A stretch of 64,000 bases of DNA from positions 5,518,001 to 5,582,000 of the forward strand of contig NC_092006.1 of assembly GCF_044704955.1 (NCBI RefSeq). The letters are read 5' to 3'. Position 1 is the stretch's first letter; every line of letters starts with the position of its first letter. Position numbers and translations under genes: made by a program. Under the pieces are notes generated by a model that saw only the letters and a list, made by a program, of their open reading frames with translations, was not told the DNA's origin and did no database searches. Shown piece by piece: positions 36,601-47,419 of this stretch. The DNA is from Pristiophorus japonicus (Eukaryota).

Positions 36601-37692
36601 GGTGAGTGGGCAAATGCGTGGCAGATGAAGTATAATGTGGATAAATGTGAGGTTATCCACTTTGGTGGTAAAAACAGAGAGACAGACTATTATCTGAATG
36701 GTGACAGATTAGGAAAAGGGAAGGTGCAACGAGACCTGGGTGTCATGGTACATCAGTCATTGAAGGTTGGCATGCAGGTACAGCAGGCGATTAAGAAAGC
36801 AAATGGCATGTTGGCCTTCATAGCGAGGGGATTTGAGTACAGGGGCAGGGAGGTGTTGCTACAGTTGTACAGGGCCTTGGTGAGGCCACACCTGGAGTAT
36901 TGTGTACAGTTTTGGTCTCCTAACTTGAGGAAGGACATTCTTGCTATTGAGGGAGTGCAGCGAAGATTCACCAGACTGATTCCCGGGATGGTGGGACTGA
37001 CCTATCAAGAAAGACTGGATCAACTGGGCTTGTATTCACTGGAGTTCAGAAGAGTGAGAGGGGACCTCATAGAAACGTTTAAAATTCTGACGGGTTTGGA
37101 CAGGTTGGATGCAGGAAGAATGTTCCCAATGTTGGGGAAGTCCAGAACCAGGGGTCACAGTCTAAGGATAAGGGGAAAGCCATTTAGGACCGAGATAAGG
37201 AGAAACTTCTTCACCCAGAGAGTGGTGAACCTGTGGAATTCTCTACCACAGGAAGTAGTTGAGGCCAATTCACTAAATATATTCAAAAGGGAGTTAGATG
37301 AAGTCCTTACTACTCGGGGGATCAAGGGTTATGGCGTGAAAGCAGGAAGGGGGTACTGAAGTTTCATGTTCAGCCATGAACTCATTGAATGGCGGTGCAG
37401 GCTAGAAGGGCTGAATGGCCTGCTCCTGCACCTATTTTCTATGTTTCTATGTTTCTATCTTTCTATGTTTCTATCTGTCCCTGCATAGTTTCTTTCTGTT
37501 CACAGTCTGATAAGCAGAATAAAAGGAGACTCCCTTTTAATACCAGATGGTCATTTAATTGCATCTCTAAGTTTCAAGGCTAAAAAAGCGTGGCTATTTT
37601 TCTAGTCCTATTATTTCTTTAAGCATAGCAAAAACAGAATTTAACCCTTCCCTTTTCCATAAGCCATAGATTCATAGATTCTTTCTTCCACA
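33680..37692 (-). repeat. 3' LTR (33680-33925 + ~37476-37692), interrupted by a CR1
   Basis: The two halves join to match the 5' LTR. Polypurine tract AAGGAGGGAAT on - at 37693-37703. Confidence 0.93.
33926..37475 (+). mobile_element. Young CR1 LINE (C-terminal ORF1 esterase + ORF2 with a single stop at 35626) inserted in the ERV 3' LTR
   Basis: ORF1 HIGTND (SGNH esterase-like). ORF2 pieces 34219-35628 and 35701-37359 are in frame. TCTATC is shared at both junctions. Confidence 0.95.
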
Positions 37693-37738
37693 ATTCCCTC
37701 CTTGTTGATCTTTTTATTTTTTAAATCAACACAATTTC

Positions 37739-39549
37739 CTATATTCTCTTCTTGAGCAAAAGGGGGTTTATTACTTGACTAATTACATTTTTTAATTTTA
37801 TCCACATTCCGCAAAGGATTATTAATAATACAAGCATAACCACACCTACGATTACTATGGGGTGTATAGCAAGCTTCAGTACTGCTGTAGCTTTTGGGGA
37901 CCATCCGGTAAACACATCCCACCAGTGGTGTACTGTCAAAGAGGTGACTTAATCTGCGATTCTCACTAGCTGCCCCTTCTTGTAACTCATTTCGACTCTA
38001 AATTGGTGGATGTCTCTGCCTTGCTTTGACAGAGCTTCCTCAATTTTCTTGTCATTACGTATCAAATTGTGCAGTCTGGTCAAATTAATTACAGGGGGTA
38101 AGGGTTCAATCTTGTGCATAGACAGATATTTTTCTACATTTTGCCATTGCCCAAAGGTATAAGTTCTTTTTACTTCTGGGTCATACAGGGTGTAGACTCC
38201 TCTCACGCATTTATTAATGGGGGGCCTATACAAAATTCCATCCAGATAGACAGGTTTATTTCCTGTCACACAGATCTCATTCTGTCCTATTTCCGTTATA
38301 TCAGTGTCATTTGTTAGCTTTAATTCCCATTTACATAGTCCAATGGAGTGCTGCAGTGAGCATGGTTCGTGTATGGCGGTCTGATAGGGACATACCATTC
38401 CGAATGGCCACCTAGCACATCCCCTCTGGTGATGTGTCATATTCTTCTCATCGACCCAATCTCCTTTAAATTCTGGGTCCCAGAAGTTCTGTCCAAACAG
38501 CTGGGGCATTACTTGGAACTGACACCAAATTTCTTTTCGTGTCATACTTACTATCTCTCCAGTAACGTTACATCCTTTTGAATTACAACTGGTATATTTT
38601 TTTTGAGGGCTAATGGTTAAATTAAGAAGCTTATCTCTTTTGTTAATTTCCAGCAACCTTTCCCATGTGTTAGCATGGAAGGATAATATTTTCCTTTCTA
38701 ACTCGGCTCTTAATAGCTGTCTGATCATTTCTTTAAACAGGCAATGGGTGTACTTGTTTACTCCCTGTTGTTCTTTCATTAGGTTCTCTATTTCCTTCTC
38801 TATCCCTTCATTCTGTTGCCAGGTCATTTCATTTATGACGTAACCTGATATCTGTAATTGCTGTAATCCTTCATCCCAGGCATTTCTGATCTTTATATCT
38901 TCCCCGACCAGTCCCCCGACGGCCTGGATTTTATTTTGTAGGGTCTCGATATCCATGGAGTTCAATGCTCCTATTCCTGCTCCCACTGCACCTAACACAG
39001 TCTCTAATACACCCCGTTTCTTTCTTTGGGGGCTTTCTTTTTCAAAAGATACCTTAACACTGGTTGTGTGGCAACCATCTTCTTTCTTTGGGGGATATTC
39101 ACCGGGGTGTTATTCATGCACAACATCCGCTGCCCTTCTACCATACTTGTAAATGAATAACGGAGGACGTCTTTTCTCTCGTCCGGCCCTCCTATGTACC
39201 CCCATCTCTTGTTTTTCCCTGTGCTCCAGGTACACTTCATCCACACATCGGCCTGGTATTCTATGAACAACTGATACCCTTTCCCCAATATAAATTGGAA
39301 CTCCCCTCTTTCTTCCTTCATTCCACATGCCTCACATCATGCCGTAAAATTCCCTACCTTACAACTTTGGCCTACTGGGCATATAAAATTGCCTTGCTGC
39401 CTCATATTATTACTTCTTTCCCATACCATATTTCCCTTCCATACTCTTCCTTCTTTTAGGACTTCTTCCTCCTGCCGGGAGTTCCCTGTTGCTAAAATGA
39501 TCAGTATACCTAACGTCCATTTATAATTTTTCCAAGAGTCCCTTCCCAT
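37739..39549 (-). pseudogene. env: ERV env (disrupted)
   Basis: Signal-like WTLGILIILATG, furin site RKKR followed by fusion peptide GVLETVLGAVGAGIGALNS (~39025-38950), Cys-rich ectodomain, HHWWDVFTGWSP, C-terminal TM. Confidence 0.82.
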
Positions 39550-39765
39550 CTTCCCTTTCTTGTTTCTTTCTATACCACTCTTGAATTAAGTCGGTACAAT
39601 AACAACACGTCCACACGATAGTAACAGTGACCCAAATAATAAAGGCCCAAACTGGCACACAAATGAGCTCTGACATCCATCCGTGAATTTTGGGCAATAA
39701 TTTCAAGTCCAAATATTTAATACAAGAGCAGGTACAGTTCTTTCAGCGAGAAGATGGCTGTTTTC

Positions 39766-42700
39766 TTAGTCGGGCGACCGTAGTACGTCCTGGCTCAATG
39801 CCTTTTCCTTCGGCTGTAATTCGTCGGGGAAATGATATTTACAGCGGGTTGCATGCACCCAGTTCGGGTGCTTTTCCAACTTCAAAGCGGTTCGTGTTGT
39901 GAGAATTATCTGATACGGTCCTTTCCACCTAGGAGAAAAGGATTCTTTATTTAATGTTTTTACTAACACTTGATCTCCAGGTCTGAAAGGTGCATATTTC
40001 CTTCCGACGGGGCACCTGTGTCTGCTTTATTTGTTCATGCAGCCTTCTTGCTATTTCACACATGGCCTGAGCATACTTTAGTGATTTTTCATCATTCCAA
40101 ATTAATGCTATTTTTTCATCTGCCAGTGGTGGTTTTACGCCAGTAGGCATTGGTCTTCCCAATAAGGCTTCATGTGGTGTCAACCCAGTGTTTCGGTTTT
40201 TCTGGTTTCTCATTGTATACAATACTCATGGTAAGGCATCTGGCCACTTCAGTCCAGTCTCCTGACATACCTTGGTAAGGGTAGATTTTATTATCCCATT
40301 TACTCTTTCTACCATTCCCGAGGACTGTGGCTGATATGGTATATGTAACTTCCACTGGAACCCTAACGCTTCTGCAAGGTTTTGCACTATTTTTCCTGTG
40401 AAGTGTGTTCCCCTGTCACTGTTGATTCCCAAAGGTATCCCATATCTTGGTACTATTTCTTTAAATCGAATTTTTACTACTGTTCGGGCATCGTCTCTCC
40501 TAGTGGCGTACGCTTCTACCCACCTTGTGAACATATCTACTATGACTAATAGATACTTAAGACCTGATACTGGAGGCATGTGGACAAAGTCAATTTGCAA
40601 ATTTTCAAAGGGCATACTTGGTTGGGGTAGATGATCATATCCAGCAGGTGTTTTACCTCTGTTATTTTGTTGACAAATTTGGCATGTCCTAGCAACTTTC
40701 TCAATTACTACTGTTATTCCTGGTGCATACCACTGTGCATTGATAGCATGTATCATCCCTCCTTTGCCCATGTGAGCCTGACCATGTGCTAGGCGAGACA
40801 GGGGCAAAAATAGAGATCTAGGGCAAACAGTTCGCCCATCAGGGTGATACCAAATGTCGTTTTTTAGAAAACAATCCTGGTTTTCCCAAGTTCTTCCTTC
40901 CTGCATGGTAACTTGTTGTTGGGCTGTTTTAAGTTGTTGGATGTCAAGTACCTGTGGAGGGGAACTGAGACTGCTTGAAGGCAGTCTGCCTGTGCCGAAG
41001 CGATCTGTTTGGCTGCCTCGTCAGCCCTCCTATTTCCTACTGATACTCCATCCTCACCGGTTGTGTGAGCTGCACATTTGATAACGGCTACCTTACTTGG
41101 CAACTGAATGGCGTCTAATAGATTAAGCAACAGTTGTGAGTGCTTAATATGCTTTCCACCAGAGGTGATAAAGCCTCTGTTTTTCCACAGTTGTCCAAAA
41201 TCATGGAACCACACCGAATGCATATCTAGAATCAGTATAGATATTAGCAGTATGATCTTTAGCTATTATACAAGCTCTAGTGAGGGCAAACAATTCAGCA
41301 GCCTGAGCCGAGGTTCCGGGAGGCAGGGCGAATGCTTCAACAGTTTTGTGGGGATTTACAATAGCATAGCCTGCCAAAAACAAATCATCCGACGGCCTAT
41401 GTGATGATCCATCCGTATAGAGAATAAGATCAGGATTGTCCATGGGCTCTGTGAGCAAATCTGGTCTTGGTAAGGTGGCTATTTCCACCGTTAACAGACA
41501 ATCATGCTGGTCTGGATCCTCTACTTCTTTAGCAGGAAGAAAGGTGGCTGGGTTCACTACCGGTGCGCGTCGAACGGTATAGTTAGGGTGTGACAGTAGT
41601 AATACTTCATAACCTGTTCTTCGAGACGCTGTAAAGTGTTGTGTGGCAGCTGAATTCAAAAGTAATAACACAGCATGGGCTGTAATGACAGTACATGGAT
41701 GATCCAAAACAATAGGTACCGACTTCTCCACCATGACCGCAGTAGCAGCTACAGCACGTAGACACGCTGGCATTCCCCTTACTACTGGAGGCAGCAAAAC
41801 CGAATAATAAACAACTGGTCTATCTCCCCCACCATGTTCTTGGGTTAGTACTGCTGTTGCAAATCCTTCTTTCTCATTCACATACATCTGAAAAGGTTTA
41901 CCATAATTCGGAAGTCCCAACGCCGGAGCATTAGTAATGTCTTTCTTTAACTGTTTAAATGCCTCCTCTCTCTCTGGGGTCCACTCCACCTTGGGTGGGG
42001 CATCATTTAGAGCAGCTGATCTTAGGACCGCATCCCATTCTCAATAATCGGGGATCCATTGTCTACAGTACCCAACCATCCCCAAAAATGACAAGATATC
42101 CTTCTTTGTCTTTGGTATGGTGGCCCTTTGAATTGTCTGAATTCTTTCTGGTCCTAGCTGCCTCTGCCCTTGAGATATGTAAAAACCCAGGTACTGGACT
42201 TGAGTCTGACAAAATTGTAACTTTGGTAACGACACTCGGTGCCCTCTTTCACATAGGTGCTGTAACAGTTTCAGGGAATCTTGCATGCACCTGTATCCGT
42301 GGCTAGAAGCCACAAGCAAATCGTCCGCATACTGCAGCAGTACAGACTGGTCCGATAATGAACAGTCTTCGAGGTCTCTTTTTACTGCTGCTGCATATAC
42401 TGCGGGGCTTTCGGTGTATCCTTGGGGCAACCTGGTCCATGTGTACTGCTGCTTCTTGTGGGTGAAAGCAAACAGATACTGACTTTCTTGATTTAATGGG
42501 ATGGAGAAAAAAGCTGAACACAGGTCTATTACAGTAAAGACAGTTGCTGTTGGTGGTATAGCCGATAGTATAATGTTGGTGTCCGGGACCACAGGGGTGA
42601 TAGGGACTACTATCTTATTAATAGCTCTCAGATCTTGCACAAATCTCCATTCATTCGGCCTAATAACCTTTGGTATGGGCAGTATCGGAGTGTTACACGG

Positions 42701-43926
42701 GCTCTGTGTCTTTTCTAAAACTCCTTGTTCCAACAATGCAGAAATGACTGGCTCTATCCCATTTTCTGCCTCTGGAGGCAGTCTGTATTGCCTAATGCTT
42801 GGTAACACGGCGTTCTTTATCAATTGTACCCGATGGGGTACTGCAGAGTGTACTTGCCCAACATGATTCTTATGCTTTGCCCAAAGTTCAGAAGATACTT
42901 GATTCAATGCCATTGGCAGCTTAGGACTTGGTTGTTCCGGGGGTTGCTGTTTTTCAAAAGTGGAGGCATGTTTTTTACCTTTCCACTGGAGAATCCCCCT
43001 GTTGTGGGTGATAAAGTCTATCTGAACATTTTGCAATTTTATTACTGCCCAAGGTTGATAGCCGTGTTGCTGTTTTTCCTTTTCTATTTCTACAATCATC
43101 GGACCCATATCTTTAGGTTTCGCTGGCGGTTTTACAGCCAAGGTCAGATGGGGTGTCGAGTTCGCTTCTCTAAACCGCTGTTGCTGTAAGGGTGTCAATC
43201 GATGGCTACCCCCAATCCTTCTGGTCCAAAATAAATGCGGGGCGTAGCTTCTACTATTTCTTCTCTATTTAAAAAGGATTGTACCAGACACTGGTAAGTT
43301 TCAGCTTTTTGGCGAGTGTACCAGGCTGTACAGTGAAGCTGAACTGCCTCAAAGCTTGTCAAAATTATATACATCAATTCTTCAGTATTAGAGTCAAATT
43401 TAGCTTTTAAGTTTTGTATAACTTCATGTATCAAGGGGGAATAGAAGTTGCCATTCAATTGCCAACAATAGAGGGCAGCCTTTTCTTTGTTATCCTCCCT
43501 TTTCTCTTCTTTAATCCCATTAAAGAACTGATGAATATTATTTGGAGGGAGCTGCATTTACATTCCTTCCTTTGTGCAATAAATTGTGGCTCCTAGTTTT
43601 CACAAAGTCTGTCTTCCCAATAAAGGGAGCGGTGTTGTTTTAGAGACTATCAAAGTCTCATCATTAACCGATTGTCCTTCAATTATCAATTTGGTAGGTT
43701 CAGATAAAAATTCTTTCATGGGGATACCGGCCACACCCAAACTTAAGACGGTGGTGTTGCTTACAGGTAATCCCACAGAGGATGGTACAGAAGACATAGT
43801 AGCACCGGTATCCACCAGGAACTTCACATAAGTGTCTCCTACTTTTACTACTGCCAGAGGGTTTTCTTCTATGTCCGCTGATAGGCGGGGTGCTGCCGCC
43901 TGTACCACTCAGCCTCCGGGGCATCC
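39766..43926 (-). pseudogene. pol: ERV pro-pol (protease, 2H phosphoesterase-like insert, RT, RNase H, integrase), disrupted
   Basis: FLVDTGA; QDLRAIN, LPQGYTESP, YADDLL; YTDGSS, AQAAEL, YTDSRY; HHCC, QIDF, SDRGTHF, SSGMVER, WKGPY. Multiple stops and frameshifts. Confidence 0.93.
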
Positions 43927-45636
43927 CTATGCTGATTGGTGCGGGTTGGGGTTAGAGAACGAAAACTGAGGGGCCAATGAAGGTGGAGGTTCGGGGAAAT
44001 CCCCTTTGTAACCCTCCACCCTGTTTCGGGGGGCATCTGCAATCGCGAGCCCAATGCCCTTTTCTTCCGCAATTTCTACACTCATCTTGAGAGCGGTCTC
44101 TTTGGGGCCACTGTCCTCTCCCTCTTCCTCGTCCTCATCCCCCAAACCCTCCTCTATTATTCTGCGCTTGTCCTCTTCCTTTTTGCTGATAGTACTGACC
44201 TGCTGTTTTAGCTTTGTTTTCCTTATAGATAAATAGTCCCTCCCTATCCATGTTGGCCAGTACTGTGATTGTTTCTTTCCAACTTTTTCCTTGCCAGTCC
44301 AAGACCGTAATTTTGTATGTTCTTGCTTGTTGTGGCAACATACAATTTAACAAGGTTTGCACTGCCAAAGGTTCATTTTGATCCATTGGTATTCCTGCAT
44401 GCTCGTCCCAACTATTTTTCCATCTGCCTGCAAAATCTATCATCGATTCTTCTGCTTTCTGCAAGCAGCGGGTGACTTCCCCTATATCTCCATGCTTTTT
44501 AGCTCCCTTTAATATGGCATCCTTGCCCCGGTGCTGTAACCAATGTTCCCGGGACTCATTTCCTTCTATGTCATTATTTTCCCGCCAATCTCCATTTTCG
44601 CCGGCGGGTATAGGCAACATATCTTTTACCCCTTGACAAGAGGACCCATATGCTGCCTGCAGTAATAATTTCACATCTCTGGGGAGGGGGTTATAAATGG
44701 TACAGGTTTGCTCAAGCCAGTTGTGAAAGGCTACTGGCTTCTTAACAGGATTAGGGGCGGCTGATATCATATCTCTGGCTTCTCCAGGGGACCATGGTTT
44801 TAAAACTGCCGTAGTTCCTATCATTACCCTAGGATTTTGGCCGACGGGAGTTTGGGAAGTAGAGTCAGCGGCTTCTCTTTGAGCCGCTTGCATTCTTGTT
44901 GTTACCCCAGATCTGTGGTCTATGCCCTCTTCTCCAGAGGCTCTGGTTTCCCCTGACCCAGATGCTCCCGGGTCTCCTCCATCGGCTCCTCTACTTGCCC
45001 CTCCTTCCCCGTTTTCATTTTCTAGTGGGTTTTGTGGATTTTCTCGTCGCCTAGAGGCCTGATCCAGCTGAGCGGCCACTATTTCTATAATCTCCTGCCA
45101 ATCATCCGGCTTGGTGGTTGGAAGACGGGGGTATAAGCCGACAGGGGAAGCGGTCATAACCGGGGCACTCGGGGGGCTGTAAGAGGGAGGGGGCTTCTCC
45201 TTACTATCCTCCTCCTTCTTTTTATTTTTAGGGGGCTGGTGCCTCTTTGCCACCTCTGTCCATTTTTTAAAACAATTCTCCATATAATCTTTATCCCAAG
45301 TGGGGTCCCCTGTCCCATTTTTGGTGGTCTGTCTCCATTCCTCAATTAAGGACAATTTAAAACTTCCTCCATATGGCCAATCCCCATCAGACCAACCGTA
45401 CAAATCGCTACTAAACGTTACCGCGTATCTGTCGTCTCCTGTGTCTTTAATTACAGTGTCCGCCGGCGAGCCGGGCGGCACAATGGGATCTCCTACCTTC
45501 TCTCGTTGCTTTGCTACCTTACGATTCTTTTCTCAGTCTTAGGATGTACTTTCATTCTTTCAGTCGAGAGGTCGTCCTTCTTTCCTTTTCTAGGAGCTGG
45601 GCGCGAGCGCCCTGCTCGACTAGAGCCGTTTCCCAT
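43927..45636 (-). pseudogene. gag: ERV gag (disrupted)
   Basis: MGNGSS myristoylation-type start at 45636, frameshift at ~45520, 448-aa ORF 44135-45481, internal TGA, RG repeats, zinc knuckle CRNCGRKGHWARDC, terminal TAG at 43927. Confidence 0.85.
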
Positions 45637-45952
45637 TCTGCCGGGTGCAACGTCTCGCGATCTTTTCTGAAATGAGAGTTAGGACAATCCTACAAAATAT
45701 ACAATAATTTACAAAGCGCTCACCGGTGTTCTCTTTTCTGCTCAGCTCGGGGTCTCCTTTCTCCTTTTGTTATTTTAGCTTCTTTGCGGTAGCTACCTTA
45801 TGCCTCACCCCCCCCCAGGGGATCTCGGCGGCCCGTCCCCCTTTTGCTAGGACGGCCTTGGCACCTTCCTCCTTTCAGCTAGGAAGGTCCTTAAAATTCC
45901 TCTTTTCTCTTTAAAAGTTAAATTTAGTTCTTTTGGATCTCGTTTTTTAGAG

Positions 45953-45971
45953 ATCCTGCCGGACTACGCCA
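45953..45971 (-). promoter_or_regulatory. Primer-binding site complementary to the 3' end of tRNA-Ser
   Basis: + strand ATCCTGCCGGACTACGCCA matches the vertebrate tRNA-Ser 3' end ATCCTGCCGACTACGCCA with one extra G, 5 nt from the LTR. Confidence 0.8.
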
Positions 45972-45976
45972 GAATC

Positions 45977-46439
45977 TGTCGAGGAAATATTTAGCTTAAA
46001 TTAACTCAGGCGGAGACTTTCAGAAGTGCACTTCGAGAGAATTTATTTTAAAAAGCGAGATATATCTCGGAGAGCCTGCTTGGACCGTACCAAGGCAAAA
46101 ACTCTGCCGTACAGGCAAATTGTCCCTATCTTTATACAGAAATTGAATACAGAAATATAAAAGGAATCTTATTCATTAGTCCCGCGAGTACAAAGGTCGT
46201 CTCGGGAGGTACACACTCTATCTGTCCTTGCATAGTTTCTTTCTGTTCACAGTCTGATAAGCAGAATAAAAGGAGACTCCCTTTTAATCCCAGATGGTCA
46301 TTTAATTGCATCTCTAAGTTTCAAGGCTAAAAAAGCGTGGCTATTTTTCTAGTCCTATTATTTCTTTAAGCATAGCAAAAACAGAATTTAACCCTTCCCT
46401 TTTCCATAAGCCATAGATTCATAGATTCTTTCTTCCACA
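45977..46439 (-). repeat. 5' LTR (463 bp)
   Basis: TG...CA ends. On -, TATAAA at 46131-46136 and AATAAA at 46042-46047. Three mismatches to the 3' LTR by eye. Confidence 0.95.
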
Positions 46440-47419
46440 GGCACTCCCTCAGTACCGCCCCGACAACAATGCGGCGCTCCCTCAGTACTGCCCCTCCGAC
46501 ACTCCCGCCCCTCTGACGGTACTGCTGTTCCCTCAGTACCGCCCCTCCGACAGTGCGACGCTCCCTCAGTACTGCCCCTCCGACAGTGCGACGCTCCCTC
46601 AGTACTGCCCCTCCGACAGTGCGACGCTCCCTCAGTACTGCCCCTCCGACAGTGCGGCGCTCCCTCGGCACCGCCCCTCCGACAGTGCGACGCTCCCTCA
46701 GTACTGCCCCTCCGACGCTCCCTCGGCACCGCCCCTCCGACAGTGCGACGCTCCCTCGGTACTGCCCCTCCGACAGTGTGACGCTCCCTCAGCACTGCAC
46801 TGGAGTGTCAGCATAAATTTTTGTGCTCAAGTCTCTGGAGTGGGACTTACAACATTCTGATTCAGAGGTGAGCATGCTGCCCACTGAGCCATGAGTAAAC
46901 CAGATGAGTTTATACGACAATCCAGTAGTTTTATGGTCACTATTACAGAGTTGAACTGTTAATCCCAGATTTATTAACTGAATTTAAATTCCCCAGCTGC
47001 CCTGGTGGGATTTGAACTCTGGTTTGCGGATCATTATTCCGGGCCTGGGGATTAGTAACGCAGTAATTTACCACTACGCTGACGGGTCTGCCTTCTCTTA
47101 CAGGCAGCGTCGATGGCAGTATCGATACTGTGAGGAGTTCCCCACTACCGTTGTCTGATTGGGGCTGCACTGTGACGCGGGAGAATTCAATAAAAGAGCG
47201 ATAAGTCCGGTGGCCAAACGAGTCTCGTCTTTTTTTGGGTTGCTGTCCGATGGACATCTTACGCCGTTGTCCGCTCGGAACACGGAAGAGCACTTCAGCG
47301 ACTGGGAGAGTTTGACACCGAGCCCAGGGTAGCGGTTGGTGGGAGAGTGGGGGTGTGGCACCTGGAGTGGGCCGGGGACTGAGCGAAGGTTCGCGAGAGC
47401 TGGGATTTCAGGGGGACCG

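Larger units (their letters stand above)
33680..46439 (-). mobile_element. Endogenous retrovirus (LTR-gag-pro-pol-env-LTR), defective
   Basis: TG..CA LTRs at 45977-46439 and 33680-37692 (the latter split by a CR1). PBS, PPT, gag CCHC, protease DTGA, RT YADD, RNase H, integrase and env are all in order on -. Confidence 0.96.

Noticed and set aside
43927-44145. Acidic 72-aa ORF as an accessory gene
   Set aside because: It is an alternative frame of the gag nucleocapsid region; only its 3' part is the true gag end after a frameshift.
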